A stretch of 64,000 bases of DNA, taken from positions 64,001 through 128,000 of IMG/VR virus record IMGVR_UViG_3300044631_002422, one strand, 5' to 3'. The translations under genes were made by a program, and so were the position numbers. This DNA is from a virus. Shown here piece by piece: positions 46,904 to 56,299 of the stretch; the stretch's first letter is position 1, and each line of letters starts with the position of its first letter. The notes beneath the pieces were generated by a model that was given only the letters and a program-made list of their open reading frames with translations, ran no database searches and had not been told where the DNA came from.

Positions 46904-47855
46904 AATTTTGATTACTGGGTCTACTGGATTTCTTGGTAGGGCAGTTATGAGCGCAATCGATGATAAATATATCAAAATTGGGCTTAAGGGAAAATCTCAT
47001 TGTGATTTAACAAATCAAAAATATGTTGATTATACTTTACAAGAATATGAACCGGACTATATTATTCATCTAGCTGCCGCCTGTGGAGGGATAGGAATAA
47101 ACCAAAAATTACCGGGACAATTCTTGTATGACAATCTAGCGATGGGAATGAATTTAATCGAAAGCTGCCGCAAATATGGCAGACTGAAAAAATTCATTAT
47201 GGTTGGCACTGTTTGTTCTTATCCTAAATACACTCCAGTTCCATTTCAAGAAGAAGATCTTTGGAACGGATATCCTGAAGAAACCAATGCTCCATACGGT
47301 ATAGCAAAAAAGACGTTAATAGAAATGCTTGTTGCTTATAATAAGCAGTATGGATTTAATTCCACAAACTTAATACCAGTAAATATGTATGGCCCAAACG
47401 ATAATTTCAATCCTACTAGCAGTCATGTTATACCAGCATTGATATTAAAAATAGATCGCGCTATTCAAAATAATGAAAACAGTATCATACTATGGGGCAG
47501 CGGACACGCAAGTCGTGAATTTTTGTATGTTGAAGATTGCGCGCAGGCAATCGTTTCTTGCCTAAATGTAGATACTGATCCATATCCAATCAATATAGGA
47601 ACATGTAGCGAAATTACTATCAAAGATCTAGTATCAAAGATTGCAAATGTAATGGGCTATAATGGAAACATATTATACAATTTAAATTATCCAGATGGTC
47701 AACCAAGGAGATGTTTAGATATAACCAAAGCTTCAACTATTCTAAATTTTACAGCTAAAACAAATCTTGACGATGGATTGAAACAAACCGTTGACTGGTA
47801 CTACAAAAACAAAGATATGGAGAAATTCGTTGATTACTTTAATTATATTCAGTAA
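46890..47855 (+). CDS. fcl: GDP-L-fucose synthase (epimerase/reductase)
   Basis: TGSTGFLG, HLAAACGGIG, CSYPK, PYGIAKK, PVNMYGPNDNF, SHVIPALI, WGSG.ASREFLYVED, PDGQPRR. Confidence 0.95.
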   Translation: MNKPKILITGSTGFLGRAVMSAIDDKYIKIGLKGKSHCDLTNQKYVDYTLQEYEPDYIIHLAAACGGIGINQKLPGQFLYDNLAMGMNLIESCRKYGRLKKFIMVGTVCSYPKYTPVPFQEEDLWNGYPEETNAPYGIAKKTLIEMLVAYNKQYGFNSTNLIPVNMYGPNDNFNPTSSHVIPALILKIDRAIQNNENSIILWGSGHASREFLYVEDCAQAIVSCLNVDTDPYPINIGTCSEITIKDLVSKIANVMGYNGNILYNLNYPDGQPRRCLDITKASTILNFTAKTNLDDGLKQTVDWYYKNKDMEKFVDYFNYIQ

Positions 47856-48708
47856 AAATAGACCATTACAATTAGATCTTTGCTTGTCTAGCATAAGGCA
47901 AAACTTTAATGCAAACTATACTCCAATAGTTTTGTATGACTGTGACGAACAGTATGAAAATGCATATAAAAATCTCAAAGATGAACATGCTAATGTAATG
48001 TTTTGGCGGCAGGGTAGATCTTTATTTGAAGATGTTTTTGTTGCCATAAACTCTTACGATGATTCGTATGTTTGTTTTATGACCGATGATTGTATTATGT
48101 ACCAACAATCACCAAATCTTAGCAACGAAAATATAAACAACATATTTGCAATGGAAAATATTTGTTGTTTTTCTTTACGGCTTGGAGCCAATATAACAAA
48201 ACGCGGGCATTTAGGAGAAAAAGAGTTTGAATGGTTTGATAGTCCACTTCTATACTCAGAAGGCTTAACCGTATGGCAAAATAAGCTAGGATTTATTTGT
48301 TGGGATAGAACACAACATTTTTATGGAAGCTATTGGAATTACCCAATTTCAGTAGATGGCCATATATTCAGAACCAAAGACCTTTCATCTTGGATGGAAG
48401 AGTTGGTGTATTTAGAGCCAATAAAAAAATGGCAACAAACACCAAATGAACTAGAACGATCTTTACAGAGATTTGTAAACGAAATAAAACCACTGGTTGG
48501 ATGTTTCGAGTTGAGTTGTGTTGTAAATAGTCCAAACAATAGAGTTCAAAATACAATTCTAAATTACGAAGGTGTTTTTCATCCCGCGACAGCAGAATTA
48601 CTGCTTCAATATTTTGAACAAGGAAAACGAATAGATTTACAGAAATTAGATACTGGTAATATCGAATGTCCTCATACTGAAATTGATATACTTAAGGGAT
48701 TAGAATGA
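47830..48708 (+). CDS. putative GT-A glycosyltransferase
   Basis: FSKNRPLQLDLCLSSI, FMTDD, FSLRLG, YPISVDGHIF, PNELE; TTG start with GGAG RBS. Confidence 0.7.
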   Translation: MITLIIFSKNRPLQLDLCLSSIRQNFNANYTPIVLYDCDEQYENAYKNLKDEHANVMFWRQGRSLFEDVFVAINSYDDSYVCFMTDDCIMYQQSPNLSNENINNIFAMENICCFSLRLGANITKRGHLGEKEFEWFDSPLLYSEGLTVWQNKLGFICWDRTQHFYGSYWNYPISVDGHIFRTKDLSSWMEELVYLEPIKKWQQTPNELERSLQRFVNEIKPLVGCFELSCVVNSPNNRVQNTILNYEGVFHPATAELLLQYFEQGKRIDLQKLDTGNIECPHTEIDILKGLE

Positions 48709-49451
48709 TTAGTGTAGTAACTGGCACTTTGAATAGATATGATTATCTTTACGGACTTCTAAAAAATACTATTTGGGCTGACGATAGAATAGAATTAGTT
48801 TTAGTTGATGGTGGAAGTACAGATGGTACAATAGAATTAGGACGAGAGATAGCCTCAAAAGAACCAAGACTTAAATTTATAGAAGTTGGACATAGAAGTT
48901 CTTACCCACATTATATGAATCTGGGTATAAAAAATGCCTCGCATGAGTTGATTTGCCAATGGAACGACGATGTTTTACTTTGCAACAAATGGTCAGAGGC
49001 TTTAGATGAAATTGATGATCATGATGTTTACATATTTAATTGGAAAACTGGATCTTTAGAAGACACGCACAATCCTGAATGGCTCAAGTGCAACAGCATA
49101 CGCGACAACGGATGGATTGTAATAAACAATGCCGAATACAAATATCCACAATCCATAGGCGAGCAATACAATGAAGTATGCGTAAACTACGGAATTTACA
49201 AAAAGGATGTGTTTAGAAAATATGGTCTTTACAATCCAGAGTATCAATACTACTGTGCAGATGGAGAAATGGCCATGCGATCAAAATATCATGGGGCAAA
49301 ATTTAAAACTTGTTTAAACATAAAGGTTTGTGTGCTTCCAGCGGAAAAAAGAGCCATTATGACTAATGAGGATGTTCAAAGATACAATTTGGACTGCTTT
49401 CATTTTAACTATAAAACACCTAGCTATTTCAATGGTGAGTATCTGGAGTAA
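48705..49451 (+). CDS. glycosyltransferase family 2
   Basis: LVDGGSTDGT, MNLGIKNA, WNDD, YCADGEMAMR. Confidence 0.9.
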   Translation: MISVVTGTLNRYDYLYGLLKNTIWADDRIELVLVDGGSTDGTIELGREIASKEPRLKFIEVGHRSSYPHYMNLGIKNASHELICQWNDDVLLCNKWSEALDEIDDHDVYIFNWKTGSLEDTHNPEWLKCNSIRDNGWIVINNAEYKYPQSIGEQYNEVCVNYGIYKKDVFRKYGLYNPEYQYYCADGEMAMRSKYHGAKFKTCLNIKVCVLPAEKRAIMTNEDVQRYNLDCFHFNYKTPSYFNGEYLE

Positions 49452-49454
49452 ATT

Positions 49455-50006
49455 ATGAGTAAAACTGGGTTTTTGCTATTCGGAAGATTTGATTCAGATA
49501 ATAGCATAGATAGTGAAATACAACAATGTTTGCAGCATTTTGGGAATCTAGAAATAGACTTGCATTTCTTGGGATTTGGCGCAGCAGGAAAAAATACAAC
49601 AAAATTAAACGATAATTTTTCATTATTTGAAAGTTTGGATATTACATTTTTTCAGAACAAAATCGTCTCAAAATTAGAAAACTTTACAGAGTTGGGTTAT
49701 AACAAAACAATAATATGCAGCTGCTCGTACCAAATAAAGAATCTAAATTTTCTAGACAAAAACTTAATATTTGTTTACTATGATGATTTGGATTTTGAAA
49801 AACACAAAAATATCAACCATAGATTCATGTATGGTCGCACTTCTTTAATAAAAAGAATATGGGAAAATAGACCGTTTGACGTAACCAAAGACTTAGATAA
49901 AAATTTGTTTCTAAATACATTTAATGTAATAGGTCTTAAAAAAATGAATGAAAACAAAGTATTGATGGATCAAACGATCCAAAGAATCGGATGGTCTTCT
50001 CAATGA
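49455..50006 (+). CDS. hypothetical protein
   Basis: ORF with GGAG RBS in the glyco cluster. Confidence 0.6.
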   Translation: MSKTGFLLFGRFDSDNSIDSEIQQCLQHFGNLEIDLHFLGFGAAGKNTTKLNDNFSLFESLDITFFQNKIVSKLENFTELGYNKTIICSCSYQIKNLNFLDKNLIFVYYDDLDFEKHKNINHRFMYGRTSLIKRIWENRPFDVTKDLDKNLFLNTFNVIGLKKMNENKVLMDQTIQRIGWSSQ

Positions 50007-50713
50007 AACTATTATCATTCAGTCTTTACGGTGATGACCCAAAATACACTCGCGGTTTAATAACAAACCTAGATATAAAATTACGAGACAATCTATATCA
50101 AGATTGGGATGTTATTGTATATCACGATAATAGTGTAAAAGATAATATTTTAAATGAACTTGAATCTAAAGGGGCTATTTTAAGGAATGTAACTAACTCT
50201 GGAATATTTCCTTTAAGTTGGAGATTTTTAGCCAACGATGAATCTAATGTTGAAAGATTTATTTCTAGAGATGCCGACTCAAGAATCAGTAAACGCGAAG
50301 AAGAAGCTGTTTTACAATGGATTGCTAGTAATAAAACTCTTCATATAATGAGAGATCATCCTCATCATAGCTATAAAATTTTAGCCGGTATGTGGGGAAT
50401 GAAAACTCAAGAATTTAATATGCAACAAGAAATATTAAGATATCAAAAACAAGAATATATAACAAATGTTAGTAATTGGCCAAAACAAACAGATCAGTAT
50501 TTTTTAGCTGATTTTGTTTACACTAAATATGGGAACCAAGAAAATTCAATAATACACGTTGCTAGAGACTATGTTAACAGAAGGTGGACGAATGAAAATT
50601 GGGCAATTGATTTTCCGAGCGCAATCGGTAAAGAAAAATATTTTGTTGGAGAGGTTTTCTATTTCGATCATAATGGAATAGAAAGAAGAGACTATCAATG
50701 TGGGGAAAGATAA
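50003..50713 (+). CDS. putative glycosyltransferase (GT-A-like)
   Basis: SFSLYGDDPKY, WRFL, ISRDADSR, HIMRDHPHH..ILAGMWG, DQ.FL. Confidence 0.7.
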   Translation: MKLLSFSLYGDDPKYTRGLITNLDIKLRDNLYQDWDVIVYHDNSVKDNILNELESKGAILRNVTNSGIFPLSWRFLANDESNVERFISRDADSRISKREEEAVLQWIASNKTLHIMRDHPHHSYKILAGMWGMKTQEFNMQQEILRYQKQEYITNVSNWPKQTDQYFLADFVYTKYGNQENSIIHVARDYVNRRWTNENWAIDFPSAIGKEKYFVGEVFYFDHNGIERRDYQCGER

Positions 50714-51171
50714 TGTTAAATATATCAGCTTTAATCAACGATTTGTCAGCATCGCAAAATTCATTTTATATGATTAAGGAATTCAATAAGTGTATTGAAA
50801 ATACTGATTTATCAGTGAGCGTATTTTGTAATAGGCATTGTGTTCCTGTTATACAACCATTATTTGCTTGTAGGTTGGTTAATTTTCTTGTGTCTTACAA
50901 TGGAATTGTGATTGCCACAACTCTGGAAGAAGCCGAGATAATATTAAAACTTCCAAATAAGTCGAGCAGATATCTATATTTATGGGATTTAGATTGGTTA
51001 GAAAATCCTGTATTTTTCTCAAGTGCCATGAATATTCTCCGCGACAATAAGTTGCAGATTTTAGCCAGAAGTGAATCTCATGCAAAAGCGATAGATAATT
51101 TTGCTAATCGTGAAGTAAAGGGAATTATAGATAATTGGAATATTGATCAGGTTTTAAAACTATGTACTTAA
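50713..51171 (+). CDS. hypothetical protein (GT-B N-domain-like)
   Basis: GIVIATT...YLYLWDLDW...ARSE; located in the glyco cluster. Confidence 0.55.
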   Translation: MLNISALINDLSASQNSFYMIKEFNKCIENTDLSVSVFCNRHCVPVIQPLFACRLVNFLVSYNGIVIATTLEEAEIILKLPNKSSRYLYLWDLDWLENPVFFSSAMNILRDNKLQILARSESHAKAIDNFANREVKGIIDNWNIDQVLKLCT

Positions 51172-51797
51172 TACATCATCATCTTGGGCTTGGAGATCAT
51201 ATAATTTGCAATGGGCTAGTTCGTCAACTTGCAAAAGTCAAAGATGTTACTTTAGCAGTAAAACACAAAAATCTAGCAAATGTTTGCAGGATGTTTAATG
51301 ATATTCCTATTGAGTATTACTTGATCGATAAAGACGAATCAACTGGTAATATTGGGTGGTGTTTTGGAGGAGATAAAAGAATTAATTTTGATGAGGCTTT
51401 TTATAAGCAAGCTGTAGTAAATTTTGAAGAGCGATGGAACTCTTTTTACATTGAAAGAGACGTAAAGAAAGAACGCCAGTTAATAGAATATATTTGCCCA
51501 TCAAAAAAATTCTGTCTTGTCCACAACACAGCGAGTGCTGGAAAAGTAAACATAAACATAGAAACCGACTTACCGATAGTAGAACTACATAAAACACCAA
51601 TTGAAAAATCTATATTTGACTGGATGGGCATTATTGAATTGGCTTCAGAAATACATTGTATAAATTCTTCATTCATTCATTTGGTTGATTCGATGCAGCC
51701 AATCGCTAAACTATATTTTCATGACGATAGATCTCATTTACAATTTTCAAAAAAATTAAACTGGAGAACTTTAGGTGTCGGGGCAGATACAAATTGA
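51162..51797 (+). CDS. putative glycosyltransferase (paralog of 1076..1894)
   Basis: HHHLGLGDHIICNGLVR; IFDW..IIE.ASEIHCINSSF.HL. Confidence 0.65.
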   Translation: MYLIHHHLGLGDHIICNGLVRQLAKVKDVTLAVKHKNLANVCRMFNDIPIEYYLIDKDESTGNIGWCFGGDKRINFDEAFYKQAVVNFEERWNSFYIERDVKKERQLIEYICPSKKFCLVHNTASAGKVNINIETDLPIVELHKTPIEKSIFDWMGIIELASEIHCINSSFIHLVDSMQPIAKLYFHDDRSHLQFSKKLNWRTLGVGADTN

Positions 51798-52395
51798 TAG
51801 TAAGTTTGGAAAAATTCTCAAGCAGATTTCCGAACGAAGTAATGTAATAAATATCGTTGAAATAGGAACTTGGAATGGTCTTGGTTCAACCTTATGTATA
51901 CTAGAAGGAATAAAAAATAAACAACAAACTAATTTCATTAGTATTGAGTTGATAGATGAAATGCACCATGTCGCTAAAATCAATTTAGAAAAATACAAAG
52001 ACAAAGTAAAGTTGTTAAACGGAACAATAATAAAAAAACAAGATCTGTATTGGTTTGAACCGTCTGACTATTTATTCAAAGACATAGAAAAACAGCATTT
52101 TGATTTGTATTACGATAAAGAAGTTGCCGCAATAAAAAACGCAAAAAATGTAATAGAAGAAATACCTGAAATTATTGATTTTTTGATTTTGGATGGCGGA
52201 GAATATAGCACATATCCAGAATGGCAAATGCTAAAATTTAAAACAAATACAGTGGCTTTGGATGATACTACTCTTCTTAAAACAAAAAAAATACGAGAAG
52301 AATTATTGTTGGACAATGAATGGAAAATCACTCATGAAGATTTATCAGATAGAAATGGATATACAGTATTCGAGAGGATAACCTATGTTCGATAA
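51775..52395 (+). CDS. SAM-dependent methyltransferase-like protein
   Basis: VEIGTWNGLGST, IDFLILDGGEYST, ALDD. Confidence 0.8.
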   Translation: MSGQIQIDSKFGKILKQISERSNVINIVEIGTWNGLGSTLCILEGIKNKQQTNFISIELIDEMHHVAKINLEKYKDKVKLLNGTIIKKQDLYWFEPSDYLFKDIEKQHFDLYYDKEVAAIKNAKNVIEEIPEIIDFLILDGGEYSTYPEWQMLKFKTNTVALDDTTLLKTKKIREELLLDNEWKITHEDLSDRNGYTVFERITYVR

Positions 52396-52966
52396 ACCAA
52401 ATAGTAAACAACTTATAGATGATAGATGCGGGCTGGTATTTCCTTGGTATGTTCCATTATCTCTAGAGTTTTTTCTCATCAATGACGTAGGCAATTGGGA
52501 TATATTCGAGTGGGGAGGAGGATTGTCAAGCGCGTGGTATGCTTACAATGCAAAATACGTCGATATTCTAGAAACAAACGAAAAATGGACAAAAGAAATA
52601 GATGATTACATCAAACATAAACTAAATAAAAACAACTATTCTATCAAATACATAGATGTAAAATCAGAAGAAGCCGAATATGGCTCGCAAAATATTCCTA
52701 CTCCAAACATGGAATTGTACCTATCATATATCAGCACTTTAAACAAAACCTACGATTGTATTATTATTGACGGATCGTATCGCGATGAAGCCATCATTCC
52801 GTCTATTCAATATGTTAAAAATGGAGGATACATAATATTTGACAACTATGAGCAAGTAACTTCTGGTTATTCTACCCTAAAAAATAAAGATCTCTTGAAT
52901 AGATACGATTCCAATATCTATACCGAGGGCGACTGGAAAACTGGTATATGGAGAATATATAAATGA
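52385..52966 (+). CDS. SAM-dependent methyltransferase-like protein
   Basis: IFEWGGGLSS, YDCIIIDG..R, VKNGGYIIFDN. Confidence 0.82.
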   Translation: MFDKPNSKQLIDDRCGLVFPWYVPLSLEFFLINDVGNWDIFEWGGGLSSAWYAYNAKYVDILETNEKWTKEIDDYIKHKLNKNNYSIKYIDVKSEEAEYGSQNIPTPNMELYLSYISTLNKTYDCIIIDGSYRDEAIIPSIQYVKNGGYIIFDNYEQVTSGYSTLKNKDLLNRYDSNIYTEGDWKTGIWRIYK

Positions 52967-53733
52967 AATTAGATGAAAAATACGTTATTGAACAATATCG
53001 ATCTGGACTTAGCTGTCAAGAAATTGCCGAAAAACTGAGTACCTATTCTAAAAAAGTTGAAAGGGTTTTAAAGAAAAACGGAGTTGCAATTAGAGATAGG
53101 TCCAGTGCTATGAAATTAGCTATTGAAAATGGAAGATCCGAGCATCCAACAAAAGGTAAAAAACGCAACGAAGACTCAAAACTTGCGATTAGCAAGGGTG
53201 TTGAACAGGCATGGAAAGATATGACACAAGAAACAAAAGAAGAACTTTCCAGCAACGCAAAAGATAGATGGAAAAATATGGACCCAGTTAAAAAACGCGA
53301 AATGCAAGAAAAGGCTGGCCGAGCTTTGAGGCAGGCTTGTCTTAATGGTTCAAAAGCTGAAAAGTTTTTAAAGTCAAAACTCCAAGAAATGGGCTATGAA
53401 GTAACCATGCATAAGAAGGGTTTGATAGAAGGAAATTTTGAAATAGATTTGCTTTTACCAGAACTAAACACGATAATAGAAGTAGATGGTCCACAGCATT
53501 TTTTGCCAGTTTTTGGCGAAGAAAAGCTGGCAGATATAGTCAAGATGGATAGCATCAAAAATGGTTTATTGATTGGTAAAGGTTTTTGTATAATCAGGAT
53601 AAAGTACCTTTGCAAAAATATGAATCTGAGCGTTGAAAGAAAGTTATGGGATGCTGTGTCTAAAGAAATAGAAAAAATTGAGATTAGTTTCCCCGAAAAG
53701 ACTAAACGATTTATTGAATTGGAGATTAAGTAA
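52963..53733 (+). CDS. putative homing endonuclease (HTH + NUMOD3 + Vsr/DUF559-like)
   Basis: GLSCQEIAEKL HTH; KGKKRNEDSKLAISKG; SKAEK; IDLL...IIEVDGPQH...D..KN......GF.IIRI. Confidence 0.8.
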   Translation: MKLDEKYVIEQYRSGLSCQEIAEKLSTYSKKVERVLKKNGVAIRDRSSAMKLAIENGRSEHPTKGKKRNEDSKLAISKGVEQAWKDMTQETKEELSSNAKDRWKNMDPVKKREMQEKAGRALRQACLNGSKAEKFLKSKLQEMGYEVTMHKKGLIEGNFEIDLLLPELNTIIEVDGPQHFLPVFGEEKLADIVKMDSIKNGLLIGKGFCIIRIKYLCKNMNLSVERKLWDAVSKEIEKIEISFPEKTKRFIELEIK

Positions 53734-54491
53734 TGGGATCACAGGATTTGTTTGATATTGATAATATCAAAGAGGATATAACCAACGAGCAAATGGGTGA
53801 ACGTGATATGATGCCAGCTTACGGATCTGAAAAGTGGCATGATTATGTAATGAGTAGATTTTATCCAAGCGAGCTTTATGACGGCAACCCTGTTTGCGCT
53901 GGGCTACGTCGTGTAACCGAAGAACTTCTTGGAACAATTGTTGTAAGTAGACCATCCCAAGTTTGGCCAGCAATGGATACAGATGGTCCCGGACGAGCAA
54001 CTGTAGTATTTGAAGTTGTTATTGACTGGATGGATTCTGGTCAATTAAGAACATTTTCTGATGTTGCCGACGTATGGCATGGAAATACAGATGACTTATT
54101 CTGCGCGCATCCTGTTGCTACTGCGTCAACGCGGGCAGAAGGACGAGCGCTTCGCAAAGCGTTAAAGGTTCGATGTTTGGCAGCAGAAGAGCTTGCCAAG
54201 AAGGATATTGTTTCTATCGTTAGACAATCGGTTCAAAACCAATCATCTACGGATGGAAGCTGGAAGGAAGATGAAAGTATTAGTATTCCACAGATTAACT
54301 TTATTGATGCTAAGTGCAAGCAACTTAATATCAATGTCATAAAGTTTATCAACATTGGAGAATCTAAATATGAAACCATCGACAAAGTAAGTAAAAAGAC
54401 AGCATCTAAAATGCTAGGAGTCTTGAACGAGTACCAAACTGGTACAAAATCTATTCCAACTGAAGTTGTTGGATATACTAACTGGAGGTAA
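53733..54491 (+). CDS. putative single-strand annealing protein (Rad52/ERF-like)
   Basis: ATVVFEV...FSDVAD...VATASTRAEGRALRKAL..LAAEEL. Confidence 0.55.
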   Translation: MGSQDLFDIDNIKEDITNEQMGERDMMPAYGSEKWHDYVMSRFYPSELYDGNPVCAGLRRVTEELLGTIVVSRPSQVWPAMDTDGPGRATVVFEVVIDWMDSGQLRTFSDVADVWHGNTDDLFCAHPVATASTRAEGRALRKALKVRCLAAEELAKKDIVSIVRQSVQNQSSTDGSWKEDESISIPQINFIDAKCKQLNINVIKFINIGESKYETIDKVSKKTASKMLGVLNEYQTGTKSIPTEVVGYTNWR

Positions 54492-54494
54492 TAA

Positions 54495-54824
54495 ATGAAA
54501 GTAACTTATCAACTTGGCAAACTTAATGCGTCTTTTGAATGCGATACGCAGAAAGATTTGTTTATGCAACTATCTTCTTTTCAAGAAGTATTTGGACAGT
54601 CTAAATGTGGAAAGTGCGGGGCAGAAGATTTAGTTTTTATTGTTCGTGAGAATGGTGGAAACGAATATCATGAAATGCGATGCACTTCTTGCAATGCTCG
54701 CCTTTCTTTTGGTGTCAATAAGAAGGGAGGCGGATTGTTTCCGAAACGTAAGGACGCAGAAGGTAACTGGTTGCCAGATGGCGGCTGGGTAAAGTGGAAT
54801 CAAAAAACTCAAGCAGTAGAATAA
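54495..54824 (+). CDS. zinc-ribbon protein
   Basis: CGKC...CTSC; LFPKRKD...W..W; GGAGG RBS. Confidence 0.75.
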   Translation: MKVTYQLGKLNASFECDTQKDLFMQLSSFQEVFGQSKCGKCGAEDLVFIVRENGGNEYHEMRCTSCNARLSFGVNKKGGGLFPKRKDAEGNWLPDGGWVKWNQKTQAVE

Positions 54825-54855
54825 CATAATCATCTATTGTTTTATTTCAAAAAAT

Positions 54856-54881
54856 AAGGGGTATCTAAGTATACCCCTTTT
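54856..54881 (+). terminator. rho-independent terminator
   Basis: AAGGGGTAT-N6-ATACCCCTT followed by TT. Confidence 0.75.
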
Positions 54882-54902
54882 ACTTCAATTAAGGAAAAAC
54901 AA

Positions 54903-55196
54903 ATGGACAATCAGCCAGAACCGAAAAAAGCAAAAACCTTACAGTATGATATAGCGAGCCTTACAGACAATGACAAGTACATTATAGTCTTATCTAAACT
55001 TAATGGAGAGAGCATTGACTCTTGGGTAGCTGCAAATAACTTCAGGGTCAATGATTACCCTATTGTTAGAAATGCTATTTCTCAGATGATTTATGAAATG
55101 CATGAAAATGAATCAAAGAAGTCAACAACAACTATTCAGGAAGAACAAATTAAGAGCAGTGAAAAAGAAATAAAGAGTTTGCTTGACTCTCAATAA
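54903..55196 (+). CDS. hypothetical protein
   Basis: ORF with AGGA RBS. Confidence 0.7.
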   Translation: MDNQPEPKKAKTLQYDIASLTDNDKYIIVLSKLNGESIDSWVAANNFRVNDYPIVRNAISQMIYEMHENESKKSTTTIQEEQIKSSEKEIKSLLDSQ

Positions 55197-55244
55197 AAAA
55201 ATCCAGCGATATTTGAAAACCAAGTAACGCTGGATTCTTATTTT
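55195..55244. terminator. bidirectional terminator at the strand convergence
   Basis: A-run, AATCCAGCG...CGCTGGATT stem, T-rich tail; lies between convergent stops at 55196 and 55262. Confidence 0.7.
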
Positions 55245-55261
55245 AAAATTTGAACTATTGA

Positions 55262-56236
55262 TTAATAGTATTCTAGCGACACATACAAACCATAAGCTTC
55301 TTTTGCGCCAGTTGAAAGAGGTGTGGCAGAAAGAGCAACTGACCAATTATGATGAGTTGAAACACCAGTTCCTCCATATGTTTTGATTCTATTACCAACA
55401 GTAGAACCATCACCAAAACTAAAACCAAATACAGTTGATTGATTTGTTGTATCAGTGAGATATTGCGTCCATTTCGGCCAAACCATACCGGTCCCACTAA
55501 TGGTTTGACTAACATGTAAATTCTTTTGGCCAGATCCGGGACTATCCAAAAGTGGTACAATTATACCAGTTCCGCCAACAGTGTCATAACTACCCGCAAC
55601 AGCAGCAGCAGAAAGACGAGAATCGCCATTAACTCTACTGTCTGAGCTAGTTCCGTTACGGAATACAGCACCAACACTATTTGTATAGTAGTTTTTCCCA
55701 CCGGTAATCAAAGCTGCTGGCCAAGGTTCTCCCCACCACCATAAGTCACCACTGCCTTGAGCAGCAGAATTAAGACCGTTGTCAGCACCTTGGTTATTGA
55801 ATGTACTTCCATTAAAATTGACAATCTCGGCAACCTTGGTATTGACACCACTGGCTGGATAATTGACATTAGCCCGATCATAAATTCTCAATTGACAATT
55901 CTGCACTCTAACTGCCGAGGTATGACCAAACTCAATACCGAGCGTACCATACATACTTCTAACGCCGCTTAAGCCGGTTGTACTTGGCGTTCCCGGAACA
56001 GAGTCAAGAACACATCGCCCACTAGGATAAGAATTTGCTACATATTTAATGTTTGAGGTAGCGTCAGCGATCACTGTAGCATCACCATTAGCAACATATG
56101 TAGTATCTTGGTACGCTCCAATTTGTACCGAAGATCCTTGAGTAGTACCAAAAAACGCAAGGCCAGAACCAGACAATGTTCTGACGCTAGGCGTTCCGTT
56201 GTTATTACCAAGTATTTGAAATTGTATTTCTGCCAT
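55262..56236 (-). CDS. putative virion structural protein
   Basis: Gly/Ser/Thr-rich; strong AGGAG RBS; late-like motif upstream. Confidence 0.6.
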   Translation of the reverse strand: MAEIQFQILGNNNGTPSVRTLSGSGLAFFGTTQGSSVQIGAYQDTTYVANGDATVIADATSNIKYVANSYPSGRCVLDSVPGTPSTTGLSGVRSMYGTLGIEFGHTSAVRVQNCQLRIYDRANVNYPASGVNTKVAEIVNFNGSTFNNQGADNGLNSAAQGSGDLWWWGEPWPAALITGGKNYYTNSVGAVFRNGTSSDSRVNGDSRLSAAAVAGSYDTVGGTGIIVPLLDSPGSGQKNLHVSQTISGTGMVWPKWTQYLTDTTNQSTVFGFSFGDGSTVGNRIKTYGGTGVSTHHNWSVALSATPLSTGAKEAYGLYVSLEYY

Positions 56237-56264
56237 TTTATTTACTCCTGTTGAGGTTATAGTT

Positions 56265-56275
56265 TATTATACACA
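56265..56275 (-). promoter_or_regulatory. putative phage late promoter motif
   Basis: Reverse complement reads TGTGTATAATA; intergenic, before a virion gene. Confidence 0.55.
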
Positions 56276-56299
56276 TAATATCGAATATCAATTAAAATT

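Noticed and set aside
38880-52966. Definite DNA hypermodification pathway
   Set aside because: No dCMP/dUMP hydroxymethylase, TET/JBP or 7-deazaguanine genes recognised here, and ThyX looks canonical; left open rather than called.
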